From contig JAXGLU010000001.1 in assembly GCA_040769065.1 (NCBI GenBank), positions 1,991,218 to 2,055,217 of the forward strand: a stretch of DNA of 64,000 nt. The letters run 5' to 3'. Of the stretch, positions 9,867 to 20,058 are shown one piece after another. The stretch's first letter is position 1, and each line of letters opens with the position of its first letter. A program made the position numbers and the translations under genes. The notes beneath the pieces were generated by a model. That model made no database searches, was not told the origin of the DNA, and saw only the letters and a program-made list of their open reading frames with translations. The DNA is from Bacteroidales bacterium. GTDB taxonomy: Bacteria > Bacteroidota > Bacteroidia > Bacteroidales > VadinHA17.

Positions 9867-10775
9867 ATGTCACATGAGAATGCATCAGTAAAATCGATAC
9901 TATTTGCCCTGCTCGCAAATTTTGGAATTGCAATAACCAAAACTGTTGCTGCAGTTATAACCGGGTCTGGCTCAATGCTCGCAGAATCAATCCATTCCTA
10001 TGCCGACTGTGCCAACCAGGGACTTTTGTTCCTTGGTCTGCGGGCAACAAAGAAGAAACCCGACCATGAACATCCCCTTGGATATGGTAAAGAGATATAT
10101 TTCTGGTCATTCATTGTGGCCCTGATCCTTTTCAGCATGGGTGGATTGTTCTCAGTCTATGAGGGCGTCCATAAGCTTAATTCACACGAAGGACTTAAAA
10201 ACCCGACAGTTGCAATTGTTGTACTGGCCGTTAGCATGGTTTTCGAAGCTGCTTCTCTTTATGGCTGCCTGAGGCAGATAAAAAAACTGAGGCATAACAC
10301 ATCCCTCATAAAATGGGTAAGGAATAGCCGTCAGAGTGAACTGATTGTAGTTCTGGGAGAAGACTATGCAGCGCTGATCGGACTCACATTTGCCCTTATT
10401 GCAGTCATTCTTTCAATTGTTACCGGTAATCCGGTATTTGATGCAATCGGAAGTATCAGTATTGGAGTCCTTCTTATTGTTATCTCATTCTTCCTTGCAA
10501 CCAAGGTGAAAAGTCTTTTAATAGGACAGAGTACAGATGATGAAACCAGGGAGGAGATTAAAACGCTGCTGGAATCGAGACAGGAAATTGACCACATTCT
10601 CAATCTTATAACCTTGCAGCTGGGGCCTCATATCATGGTTGCGGTAAAAGCAAAAATGGCCAAAGTGGAATCGACAGATCAGCTTATTAAAAACATAAAT
10701 ATCTGCGAATCAGAATTAAAAAAGAAGATTCCCTCTATCCAATGGGTTTTCTTTGAACCCGATATTATTCCATAG
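9867..10775 (+). CDS. Cation diffusion facilitator (CDF) family transporter
   Basis: Six TM segments, 'SGSMLAESIHSYADCANQ' (TM2 metal site) and a C-terminal cytoplasmic domain. Confidence 0.85.
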   Translation: MSHENASVKSILFALLANFGIAITKTVAAVITGSGSMLAESIHSYADCANQGLLFLGLRATKKKPDHEHPLGYGKEIYFWSFIVALILFSMGGLFSVYEGVHKLNSHEGLKNPTVAIVVLAVSMVFEAASLYGCLRQIKKLRHNTSLIKWVRNSRQSELIVVLGEDYAALIGLTFALIAVILSIVTGNPVFDAIGSISIGVLLIVISFFLATKVKSLLIGQSTDDETREEIKTLLESRQEIDHILNLITLQLGPHIMVAVKAKMAKVESTDQLIKNINICESELKKKIPSIQWVFFEPDIIP

Positions 10776-10796
10776 AGGTGTTACAGTGCAATGTTT

Positions 10797-11648
10797 CTAC
10801 AAAAAAACATTTATAAAATCAGAAGCAGCCACCTGTTTCCGGTTTTTTATCGTCCTTCTGCCATCGGCGTAACTGGTTACAGTACATTCTCCATACACTG
10901 TACAATTTCCTTTGTTATCGGGAGAGTAACCCCTGCAAACACGGAGAACATCGGGAGATATCTCGTCAATAAGAACAATTTTGCCATCCCCGTACTTCAG
11001 CCTGCCTAATTCAAACTTGCCGTCAATCACGTGCAGGTTATTCATTTCAAATTCCTTCGACACGATTTCAGCAATATCCCTGACAAGCCCGACACTGAAA
11101 TCTATTTCCTTCCTGCTCATGGCTCCGGCAGCTTCCAGGGCTTCCAGCGTAATAAGAATATCACTATCGCCCTTTGTCCACGCCTCAACTACCGTATTAA
11201 GGTTCTTACAAGGCCTGACAAAGGGATACCTTCTCCAGAAACTTCCGGTGGCGTTATTTCTCCATGTGAACTCAAGATTCAACAGTGGAGCCGACCCCTG
11301 GAATTCCGGCGCTTCAACCGGCATGCTAAGGGGGATGGCAGGCTCCACAACCATTTCATTATCCTTAATCGTGTCAATATAATGGGAAGGAATGCCTTTT
11401 TCCTTAAGAAGTTTAAAAAAGTGGGTTGCAAATCTGCATGCTATGGCGCCTTTCCCCGGAATACTTCCTACAACAGTGTCATAGCCGGGATCAAAAACCA
11501 CCTTGCCATTTTCAATATAACCTGTGGCTTTATCGGTAAAAACAAGCCGGTATTTACCGGCAAAAGGTCCATCCGGTATATTATATACATCTTTTGATTT
11601 TCCGCGGTAAACGAGATCTTTTTCTTCCATGGATTTTATTTCTTTCAT
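10797..11648 (-). CDS. purC: SAICAR synthase family protein
   Basis: 'YRGKSKDVY', 'IPGKGAIACRFATHFFKLLKEKGIPSHYI' and 'LEFTWRNNATGSFWRRY' follow the PurC pattern. Confidence 0.65.
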   Translation of the reverse strand: MKEIKSMEEKDLVYRGKSKDVYNIPDGPFAGKYRLVFTDKATGYIENGKVVFDPGYDTVVGSIPGKGAIACRFATHFFKLLKEKGIPSHYIDTIKDNEMVVEPAIPLSMPVEAPEFQGSAPLLNLEFTWRNNATGSFWRRYPFVRPCKNLNTVVEAWTKGDSDILITLEALEAAGAMSRKEIDFSVGLVRDIAEIVSKEFEMNNLHVIDGKFELGRLKYGDGKIVLIDEISPDVLRVCRGYSPDNKGNCTVYGECTVTSYADGRRTIKNRKQVAASDFINVFL

Positions 11649-11840
11649 TTAGTATGGTAAATATACGGCACGACATCAGTTTAACAAATCATTTTTATAA
11701 ATTGACAAAAAATTTTTTGCCCATTCTTTTTAAACCCGGCTTTCAGACATGTAACAAGGTGATATACAACACAAATAATTCAGCCATTACATGCCATTCA
11801 AAAGAAATTAATATAAGTTTGCATTTTAAAAATCATAATC

Positions 11841-12062
11841 ATGCCGAGTCTGGGAAAGATCCTTATAGTCGCCGGAATAATTCTGGTCATAGCCGGAATA
11901 GTAATATATTTTTCAGGAGACAAGCTTGGCTGGATAGGACATCTTCCGGGAGACATAAGGATTGAAAAGGAAAACGTGCGGTTCTACTTTCCAATTACCA
12001 CAATGATCATACTGAGCATTGTGCTTTCAATAATCATATGGCTGGCAAGGAAGTTATTCTGA
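11841..12062 (+). CDS. DUF2905-like small membrane protein
   Basis: 73 aa with two TM segments and 'GHLPGDIRIEKENVRFYFPI', typical of DUF2905. A TAAGTTTG -7 box lies at 11814-11821. Confidence 0.65.
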   Translation: MPSLGKILIVAGIILVIAGIVIYFSGDKLGWIGHLPGDIRIEKENVRFYFPITTMIILSIVLSIIIWLARKLF

Positions 12063-12087
12063 TCCTTTTCTTCATAAAAGCCTGTTT

Positions 12088-13410
12088 TTACTTGAGATCA
12101 CTCAGGCTTATCATCCTGCGCTTCCTGGTGAGCAGGTGAATAATTGTCCAGGCAGTAAGGTAAGTAACTCCGCAGATGGTGAATAGCATGTTATACCCTC
12201 CCGTCAGGTTCCCTGCTGCCTTCCAGGTGTCAAGCAGATATCCTACCAGGATGGGAAACAGGATACCTCCCACTGCCCCTGCCATCCCTGCAATTCCCAC
12301 AACCGAGCTTACAGCTTCTGTCGGGAACATGTCGGAAGCCATTGTGAAAACATTGGTTGCCCATGCCTGGTGTACTGCAACAGCCAGACTGATAATCCCT
12401 ACTGCCATCCAGGCAGCTGTAGTGTACTGGGCAAGAATTATCGATAATTCCAGGATGGCGAAAATGAAAAGAGCTGTCTTCCTGGCTTTAATGACCGGCC
12501 AGCCTTTCATTATCAGGAAAGAAGAGAAATATCCCCCAAGGATACTGCCTATGGTAGTGGAAGTATAAATGATTATCAGTTCTATGCTTGGTTTAGTCAG
12601 GTCAATTTCATAAGCCGAAGAAAAATACGAAGGAAGCCAGAACAGGAAAAACCAGAAGATGGGATCGATAAGGCCTTTGCCTGTGATCAGGGCCCAGGTC
12701 TGGGGAAATGTAAAAAGCTTTGACCATTTTATCTTTGTTTTATTATCATTGCCCTGACCTTTTGCTTCATTCCGGGTGTCACTGATGATATAATCGTATT
12801 CTTCTGCCGTCAATCTCTTTTGCCTTGAAGGAATATCGTACAACAGAAGCCAGAAAATAAGCCAGATAAAACCCACTGCCCCTGTAATCAAGAATACCTC
12901 ATGCCAGTTGTAATATTTCAGGATCCATGGAACGATAAGAAGTGCAAGCACCACTCCTATGCTTGTTCCTGAGTTAAATATTCCTGTTGCCAGAGCCCTT
13001 TCCTTCTTTGGGAACCATTCTGAAATTGCCTTGACCCCTGCGGGGAAATTTCCTGATTCACCCAATCCAAGACCAAATCGTGCCATGGCAAAATGAAGCG
13101 CACTTCTTGATACGGCATGAAGCATACCTGCAATGCTCCAGGCACATATTATAAGGGAATAGCCAAGCCGTGTTCCCAGCTTGTCGATAAGCCTGCCTAT
13201 GACCAGAAGACCAATGGCATAGGCAGCAGTAAAAGCCATCACTATATGTGCAAAATCGGTCTCTGACCAGTTGAATTCAGCCTCAAGGATAGGCTTAAGC
13301 AAACCTATTATCTGCCTGTCGATATAGTTTATTGTTGTTGCAAAAAACAACAATACAACTATGATCCATCTGTAGTTCTTTATCTTAATAACCGGCATCT
13401 GAAAAATCAT
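12088..13410 (-). CDS. MFS transporter, hexuronate/acid-sugar (ExuT/ACS) type
   Basis: 12 TM segments. 'TINYIDRQIIGLLKPILEAEFNWS' is typical of the ACS/ExuT subgroup. Confidence 0.8.
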   Translation of the reverse strand: MIFQMPVIKIKNYRWIIVVLLFFATTINYIDRQIIGLLKPILEAEFNWSETDFAHIVMAFTAAYAIGLLVIGRLIDKLGTRLGYSLIICAWSIAGMLHAVSRSALHFAMARFGLGLGESGNFPAGVKAISEWFPKKERALATGIFNSGTSIGVVLALLIVPWILKYYNWHEVFLITGAVGFIWLIFWLLLYDIPSRQKRLTAEEYDYIISDTRNEAKGQGNDNKTKIKWSKLFTFPQTWALITGKGLIDPIFWFFLFWLPSYFSSAYEIDLTKPSIELIIIYTSTTIGSILGGYFSSFLIMKGWPVIKARKTALFIFAILELSIILAQYTTAAWMAVGIISLAVAVHQAWATNVFTMASDMFPTEAVSSVVGIAGMAGAVGGILFPILVGYLLDTWKAAGNLTGGYNMLFTICGVTYLTAWTIIHLLTRKRRMISLSDLK

Positions 13411-13422
13411 TAACGGATTATC

Positions 13423-13857
13423 TTACCAGTCAACAACAGAACCATCATCGGGATCATATCGGGTTTCGTATGGCTGGGGTTCTCCAACCTGAGCCATCAA
13501 TTTATCCTCATCGATAGTTATGCCAAGTCCGGGATCGGTAAGCAAGGGTCGGTATCCATTCTTAATCGTAGGCATGGGTTTTGCCAGCAGATCGGTATAT
13601 TCGTTATCGCCCCGTTCCTGTATAAGGAAATTGGGGATACAGGCTGCAACCTGGTAGCTTGCAGCAAGAGAACAGGGTCCCTGAGGATTATGAGGCGCCA
13701 CCGGAGTATAGTAAGCTTCTGCCATGCCCGCAATAATCCTCATTTCGGTAATACCTCCGGTAAGCGCTGCCGCTGCTGAAATCCCGGCTGTTTTCTTAAA
13801 AAAGTCACGCCTCGACCTGTTCCCGCCCGAAAGGTCATTTTCTGGTATTCTTTTCAT
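13423..13857 (-). pseudogene. 5'-truncated enolase-superfamily acid-sugar dehydratase (ManD/galactonate-dehydratase-like C-terminus only)
   Basis: Only ~140 C-terminal residues are present ('GGITEMRIIAGMAEAYYTPVAPHNPQGP...NFLIQE...DGSVVDW'). The ~250-aa N-terminal capping and barrel parts are missing, and no continuation exists upstream. Confidence 0.55.
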
Positions 13858-13994
13858 TTGGATACTAATTTATATTCTAATGTATCAAAGTGTTTAACAT
13901 ATACAGAAAGCAACCGGCAGTCCCAAACCAGGACAGTTATAAGGCTGCATGGCAAATCCCCGTAATTATCGTCTTAAATTAACATAAAAAAAGA

Positions 13995-14088
13995 TTTTAT
14001 CAGTATATAATTTTTATTTCAACGGTCTGATGGAACTCACATGCTTGAAAATTATATACATACGTGTTTGTGTATGATATACATGAAT
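13995..14088 (+). repeat. IR95 repeat, forward, 3' arm degenerate
   Basis: 'ttttatcagtatataatttttatttcaacggtctgatggaactcacatgcttgaaaattatatacatacgtgtttgtgtatgatatacatgaatg'. Confidence 0.7.
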
Positions 14089-14151
14089 GCAGCAGAACGC
14101 AGCAGGGGCGTTGCATTCAACGCCCCTGCCGTATCTGATCCTGTTGATTTG

Positions 14152-15810
14152 TTATCTTCTGCGCGATCCGGTTCCGGAATCAGATTCTTTTGAACTGTCG
14201 GTCCTTTTAGCTGCCGTGCCAGACGTAGCAGCACCGTTGTTTCTGTTTGCAGCAGAACTTTTGCTGACCGAAGCAGAAGACGGCCGCCTTGCAGTCTCTA
14301 CCCTGCTGTAGGATCCGGTTGCAGGCGCCGGTGTGGATATTCTGCGCATGGTAGCGGAAGAGCTTCTGTTTGATGAGCTGTTACCAGCTCTTTCAGTTGA
14401 AGCTGCAGCCTGCCTGCTGACTGTGTAGCTGCTCCTGTTTACTGGAATTGCTGCTTCCGGCCTGCGGGATCCTGTTGAGCCCTGTACAGAGGTGGAGCTT
14501 GATTCTTTTCTTTGACCTGCATCGTCTGATGATCTCCTGGTATTACCGGTACTCTTACTTGAAGATGTACTGGTTTGTCTTCCAGAAGGTGAAGCCGTGG
14601 TTGACCTGCGGGGGGTAGCAGTGCTTCTTTCTGTCGACGTTCCCGTTCCGGTCCTCGCAGGTGCGGCTGTAGTAGATCTGCGTGAGGTTCCTGTGCTTCT
14701 CTCCACCGAGGTCCCTGTTCCAGTCCTCGCAGGTGCAGCTGTAGTAGATCTGCGCGAGGTTCCTGTACTTCTCTCTACCGATGTTCCCGTTCCGGCTCTC
14801 TCAGGTGCAACTGTAGTAGACCTGCGCGAGGTTCCGGTTGTGGTAGCAGTTGATTTCCTGTCCTGAGACGACTGGGATACTGATCTTCTTTCCTGACTGC
14901 TGCTGGCAACACTTCCAGAGGTGCCGGAATCCCTCCGCGACTGGGTCCTGTTATAGAGAGCCTCCCCTTCACTCCTCAGCTCTGGACGTGAGTAAGTAGT
15001 CCTGTATCGTCCTTCGCTGATTCTCACGCTAACGTAAGGTGAATGCGAGCGGATTCTGCTGTAGTAGTAGTCATTGTACCTGGCGTAGCGGAAGTGGTTC
15101 CATTTTCTGTAGTGTACATAGTAGTGAGTATGCCAGCGATAGTGGTATCCGTAGTAGTAGTGCCAGTAGTAAGGGCGCCAGGGATTCCAGTAGGCAGGGT
15201 AGTAGCCCCAGTACCAGGTTGAGCGCCAGGCCACATAGCCGGGAAGGTATATGTACCTTACCAGAGGCCAGGATTCAACCACTATTGTTGTGGTTCTGAC
15301 CGGGACAGACCGCCTCTTTCTGCCTATATAGCCCGGGTTGGGAGTCTCTGCATAATTCTCGTCGTAGACGGGTTCAATTATGTAGTTCTTCCCGTACAGG
15401 GCCTTGTCGCCGATCAATTGTATCTGAACCGCCCCGTTGCGGAACTTCTGAACGGTAAATACTGCTACATCCTGCTTCTCATACTTATTTATTGCTACCT
15501 GCAAAACGATAGTATGAACATCTCCATCAACATAATCAATCACCATTATGTAGTCGACCAGATTGTCACCGTTCAGGTCGAGATTATTGATCCTTGAATT
15601 TTCATCATTGAGGCTTCTTTCAAAACCCTCAAGTGTTTCAGACTCCTGGAACAGTTTCATAACTGCATACAGGTTGAGATTATCGCCAGGCAGGCCAAGA
15701 TATTCATCCGGCCATTCTTGTGCCTTGGTAGCGGTCCCGAATGCTGTCAGGACTGCTAGGATCGAGGTGATTATGAGCTTTTTCATTTTCTTAAGTATTA
15801 GAAGATTCAT
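14152..15810 (-). CDS. Secreted protein of unknown function: folded N-terminal part, Tyr/Trp/His/Arg-rich segment, long Ser/Thr/Arg-rich repetitive tail
   Basis: 552-aa ORF with signal 'MKKLIITSILAVLTAFGTATKAQ'. It contains a Ca-binding-like 'DLNGDNLVDY', the aromatic run 'YWGYYPAYWNPWRPYYWHYYYGYHYRWHTHYYVHYRKW', and a ~290-aa S/T/R tail with 24-aa tandem repeats. Confidence 0.7.
   Translation of the reverse strand: MNLLILKKMKKLIITSILAVLTAFGTATKAQEWPDEYLGLPGDNLNLYAVMKLFQESETLEGFERSLNDENSRINNLDLNGDNLVDYIMVIDYVDGDVHTIVLQVAINKYEKQDVAVFTVQKFRNGAVQIQLIGDKALYGKNYIIEPVYDENYAETPNPGYIGRKRRSVPVRTTTIVVESWPLVRYIYLPGYVAWRSTWYWGYYPAYWNPWRPYYWHYYYGYHYRWHTHYYVHYRKWNHFRYARYNDYYYSRIRSHSPYVSVRISEGRYRTTYSRPELRSEGEALYNRTQSRRDSGTSGSVASSSQERRSVSQSSQDRKSTATTTGTSRRSTTVAPERAGTGTSVERSTGTSRRSTTAAPARTGTGTSVERSTGTSRRSTTAAPARTGTGTSTERSTATPRRSTTASPSGRQTSTSSSKSTGNTRRSSDDAGQRKESSSTSVQGSTGSRRPEAAIPVNRSSYTVSRQAAASTERAGNSSSNRSSSATMRRISTPAPATGSYSRVETARRPSSASVSKSSAANRNNGAATSGTAAKRTDSSKESDSGTGSRRR
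14581..14866 (-). repeat. In-frame 72-bp tandem repeat (~3.7 units) inside the 14152-15810 CDS
   Basis: Units start at about 14581, 14651, 14723 and 14795 and encode 'TGTSVERSTGTSRRSTTAAPARTG'. The same periodicity shows in the antisense track ORF 14597-14866. Confidence 0.8.
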
Positions 15811-15922
15811 TTCTTCACTTAACAGATATCAAAAGCCATACCAACTTTTCGTCTTTACGGGTATTGCATTTGCATCTATTTGTTATACAATCTGTTAAAA
15901 ACAAACAACATCCTCAACGACT

Positions 15923-17278
15923 TCAAACAGATACAGAAGACTTGATCTTTCTGATCTGCCATTGCAATATCACAAATGTTATAAGTGTTGAAGAGAGGTC
16001 GGAAACCGGCCCGCTAAGCCATACTCCCCTGAGCCCTAAAAAGTGAGGCAGTATTAAAAGTGCAGGGATGAAGAACAATACCTGCCTCGACAGGGAAAGG
16101 AATATGGATATACCAGCCTTGCCGATAGACTGGAAAAAGCTTGATGTCACAACCTGGAATCCAACTATTGGGAAAATGATAAGGTTTAACCTCATCCCCA
16201 AGGTTGCATGGTCAATAAGTTCCTTGCTCGTTGTAAACGCAGAAGACAGCTGTCGTGGGAATACTTCTCCGAGTAAGAAACCAAAAGTGGTAACAGCGAT
16301 ACCTGCAAAAACAGTCAGCCTGTAAGCTCTGGTCACGCGGTCGAATTTTTTCGCTCCATAGTTATACCCTACAATCGGCTGCATGCCCTGGTTAAATCCT
16401 ATCACAATCATTACAACAAGACCGGCGATACTGTTGATAATGCCAAATGCACCGATGGCCATGTCACCGCCGTACTTTTTCAGGCTGAGGTTTACTATTG
16501 ATGTCACAACACTTGAAGTCATCAGCATAAGGAAGTTAGCCATACCGATAGAGAAAATCTCTTTTATCACTGTTCTTTTCAGCCTCATATATCCGGGGAG
16601 AAAGTGCACGAAACTCTCTATCCGGGTGAAATGACAGAGCACCCAAATTGTCCCTGTTATCTGGGCAATGACCGTTGCCAGAGCTGCTCCCCTTATCCCC
16701 CATTTGAATCCAAAAATGAACAAAGGTGCCAGGATCAGGTTTACAGCCACAGTGAAAAGAGTGGTTCGCATTGCTTTCCTGGGATAACCTGACGAACGCA
16801 TGACATTGTTAAGCCCCAGGTAAAGATGCGTGAAGATATTGCCTGCCAGTATTACCTGCATGAAATCCCTTGCATACGGCAGGGTGTCATCGCTTGCCCC
16901 GAGAGCATAGAGTATCGGATTGAGAAATATTAGCCCCGTGAAACCAACCCCTAAGCCCAGAATAATATTGAGCATAACTGCATTGCCAAGTATCAGAGTT
17001 GCTCCCCTCCTGTCGTGCTGTCCGAGACGAATTGATACCATGGCACTTGCACCCACACCTACAAGTGAGCCGAAAGCTGCAAGAATATTCATCATAGGAA
17101 AAGTCAGTGCCAATCCGGAAATAGCAAGAGGCCCCACTCCCTGACCGATAAATACCCTGTCGATTATATTATACAAAGAGGATGCAGCTGTGCCAACAAT
17201 AGCCGGAAATGAATATTGTATAAGCAGTTTGCCCACTTTCCCTGAGCCCAGTTCCTTCGCATTACCGTCAACAGCCAT
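15923..17278 (-). CDS. MATE family efflux transporter
   Basis: 451 aa, 12 TM segments, with 'LLIQYSFPAIVGTAASSLYNIIDRVFIGQGVG' as the typical MATE N-terminus. Confidence 0.9.
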   Translation of the reverse strand: MAVDGNAKELGSGKVGKLLIQYSFPAIVGTAASSLYNIIDRVFIGQGVGPLAISGLALTFPMMNILAAFGSLVGVGASAMVSIRLGQHDRRGATLILGNAVMLNIILGLGVGFTGLIFLNPILYALGASDDTLPYARDFMQVILAGNIFTHLYLGLNNVMRSSGYPRKAMRTTLFTVAVNLILAPLFIFGFKWGIRGAALATVIAQITGTIWVLCHFTRIESFVHFLPGYMRLKRTVIKEIFSIGMANFLMLMTSSVVTSIVNLSLKKYGGDMAIGAFGIINSIAGLVVMIVIGFNQGMQPIVGYNYGAKKFDRVTRAYRLTVFAGIAVTTFGFLLGEVFPRQLSSAFTTSKELIDHATLGMRLNLIIFPIVGFQVVTSSFFQSIGKAGISIFLSLSRQVLFFIPALLILPHFLGLRGVWLSGPVSDLSSTLITFVILQWQIRKIKSSVSV

Positions 17279-17662
17279 ATAACCGATCTAAAAACAGGAT
17301 GCAAATATCTTTATTTTATATATAAGTACTGCTATTAAAACGTAGATGTTGAAAACTGATTGCAAATTGGAGATCCTTGCAGAAAAAGGGAAGAACCAAT
17401 TCAAAAAGTTCAACATTGGCAGGGCACTCAATGAAATTGCCTGATAATCTATGCTATGTGTGGTCCTCCTCAGTTAATCCTTTAAAACTGCTAACATATG
17501 CAAAATCGGTGCTGAATGAATCTAAGGCACATCAGGCCGCCATAGTCAGGTTAGAATGAATCTTTTCATATCAGGACATCTGGACAAAAAACTTCCTGAT
17601 CACAGTTAGCTCCCGGGCTGACTTTCGGTGTCAGCCAGGCAATACTGGCGGAACTTACGTTA

Positions 17663-19333
17663 TTATCGTTCCGAGGCTTCAAAAAGGCTTTTTTCCCTGA
17701 GGTTATGACTTCCCCGTGAATTTACGGCCTTATTAACATCCAACTTCAGAAGATCTTTTGCATTACCCGTCTCCATCACTGTAAGATAAACCAGTTTTGT
17801 AGTTCTATACAATTTTTGATAATCGACTGCTTCCGGTACATCCCCCTTGGTGTGATAATCGGGAGTAAAACCCGAAAAGAACCATACACTGGGAATGCCA
17901 AACCTGATGAACGGGTAATGATCGCTCCTGAAATAAACTCTTTGGGGATGGTCTGTTACGGAATACGTGTAGTCAAAGCCAAAATTGAGACCCGAGCGCC
18001 TGTTAACCCTGTTGATTGCCGCATCCAACTCTGAACTCAACAGGTCGGATCCCACAAGGAAAAGACTGTCGGGATTATTGCGCGCTATCATATCCATATT
18101 GAGACAGGTGCTTATTTTTTCAACAGGCACAGGGCAGTTATTGATAAAATAATGCGATCCGTTCATCCCCTGTTCCTCTCCGGTGAACCAGGCCAGGATA
18201 ACAGATCTTTTTGGCCTGTCGACCATAAGAGCCTGGGCAATTTCAAGAAGTGCAACAGTGGCCGAACCATTATCGTCGGCACCTGCAACGATCTCGCCGT
18301 CATCGATGCCACGGGCGTCATGATGACCACAAACAACTATGTATTCATTCCTTAGATTCCTGTCTGATCCTTCAACAAGTGCCAGTACATTGCTCGATGT
18401 TCCGCTGTAATTTTCAACTTCAACATCGAATTTCACACGCACGCCGGGGATAACACGCGAAGGAACCTGCCTGCCCTGCCTTATATCAGAAAACATCCCT
18501 GAAATATCGGCCTTGGGTATTCCAAGTATATCAGCTGCCAGTTCATGGCTTATTTCAGCTCTCCCTAAGGGGGCTTCAGGCCGCATAATGGCACCTGCAG
18601 GTTTTGACTGCTGTTCAGGTCCAAAGTAAGTTCGCTGGGAATCGTATAAAGCAGCCAGGCGCCCGGTTGGAATATAACCGAAGATGTTTTCTCCTTCGGC
18701 CATGCGCTTTTCCCTCTCATCGCTGACAATCGAAAAGACAGCCGAGGCTCCCCTGTTACGAATTTCCGTTATTCGCGCGTTCAACCTGCTGGTCCTTGTA
18801 AATCCGGGTTCATAACGCCCATCCCCTGGCTTTTGCTCATCGAGGATAATAACAATCTTACCCCTAAGATCAAGACCATCAAGATCGTCCCATCCGCCAG
18901 ACGGATCGCTTATGCCAAGCCCTGCAAAGACGACATTTCCTGACCATGACCCGCTTGCCGTGAAATTTCCGCTGAACGCCTTCCCAAAATAATAGACATG
19001 CTCCCCAATCCCATTTGAGACCTTAATTTTTGTACCCGGTTGAAAAACCGAAGTTACATTGAGAGGTACTTTCTGGTAGAATGACCCATCGGGCATTAAG
19101 GGCTTAACACCGCTGGCTTTAAGCCAGTTTCCGAGATACAGGGTAGCTATCTCCAGTTCCGGTGAGGGTGTTTCCCTGCCCCTGAACTCAGGAGCTCCAA
19201 GAAAATAGAGGTGATACCTGAGTTCTTTTTCCGTAATAGTCTTCAGGCCTCTTGTCTGAGAAGTTGATACAACTGATCCTGCAAGGAACAGAATAAAAAA
19301 CACAGCCCGTGATAAGAAACAGCAATTCTTCAT
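17663..19333 (-). CDS. M28 family metallopeptidase with PA domain, secreted
   Basis: 'VVCGHHDARG', 'DDNGSATVALLEIAQAL', 'FTGEEQGMNGS' and 'SDHYPF' are the M28 metal ligands. An N-terminal signal peptide is present. Confidence 0.85.
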   Translation of the reverse strand: MKNCCFLSRAVFFILFLAGSVVSTSQTRGLKTITEKELRYHLYFLGAPEFRGRETPSPELEIATLYLGNWLKASGVKPLMPDGSFYQKVPLNVTSVFQPGTKIKVSNGIGEHVYYFGKAFSGNFTASGSWSGNVVFAGLGISDPSGGWDDLDGLDLRGKIVIILDEQKPGDGRYEPGFTRTSRLNARITEIRNRGASAVFSIVSDEREKRMAEGENIFGYIPTGRLAALYDSQRTYFGPEQQSKPAGAIMRPEAPLGRAEISHELAADILGIPKADISGMFSDIRQGRQVPSRVIPGVRVKFDVEVENYSGTSSNVLALVEGSDRNLRNEYIVVCGHHDARGIDDGEIVAGADDNGSATVALLEIAQALMVDRPKRSVILAWFTGEEQGMNGSHYFINNCPVPVEKISTCLNMDMIARNNPDSLFLVGSDLLSSELDAAINRVNRRSGLNFGFDYTYSVTDHPQRVYFRSDHYPFIRFGIPSVWFFSGFTPDYHTKGDVPEAVDYQKLYRTTKLVYLTVMETGNAKDLLKLDVNKAVNSRGSHNLREKSLFEASER

Positions 19334-20058
19334 TATACTTTGTTTTTACAGATAGTTTTTATGCCCGATTATCACCTGCGTCAGGTGACATGATGGATAA
19401 AGATAACCGGTTTGTATGAAAATCCATCGGCGATAAAGCCAATTTAGACAAAGATTTTCAAAATAATACGGCCCAAATTAAGAAAATCATGCCCGATTAA
19501 TATCCGGATAATAATAAATGGGGCAGGAAACAGAATATTTCTATCATATATGCGTTATAATGATGTCTATAGTGAAGATTTAAACAATTGATTTAAAAAT
19601 AATAACTATGGAGAAGTCGAATTTACACAATGAAGTCTTTGCAAATCCTTACCAAATAAGCCTTGCAAAGCAAATGGAAGAGAACAAAAGACTTCTAGAG
19701 GATTACCAGAGGGCTAAGGACCAGCAAAAACGAACTGAACGGCTTGTGAAACAAGGGGCAGAAAACTTTATATGTGACTGGCAGCAATCCTAGAATACCT
19801 TTGAGCGCCAAATTCCAGGCACATAGTTGTTCCCGGCAGTTCTATCACATATCAATTAATAATAGCGGTAATAATTACTCATGGCCTTTCTATAACCATT
19901 TTTTTCCTGTTTCCAGTCTTACTTTCCGCACGTCACAAACAGCTTTTATTTCAACTATGCCTACGGTTTCATTCCTTGCCTGACCCCGTGCATTATAACC
20001 CATTACATTCCTTTCAGAAAATGCTGTCATTTCCCCGGCAAGCAGATCATCAATAAAA

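Noticed and set aside
13780-13857. Twin-arginine signal ('SRRDFFKKTAGISAAAALTGG') at the N-terminus of the 144-aa ORF
   Set aside because: The segment runs straight into 'GGITE', the conserved strand of enolase-superfamily barrels. It is more simply the internal sequence of a truncated dehydratase than an export signal.
14597-14866. Long antisense or shadow ORFs in the track (e.g. 14597-14866, 8038-8625, 11031-11597, 23423-23880, 39906-40349, 47380-47886, 49410-49886, 52325-52711, 53284-53706)
   Set aside because: Each lies entirely inside a longer ORF on the opposite strand or in another frame that has clear family motifs. Their sequences are low-complexity or mirror the repeat periodicity of the real gene.
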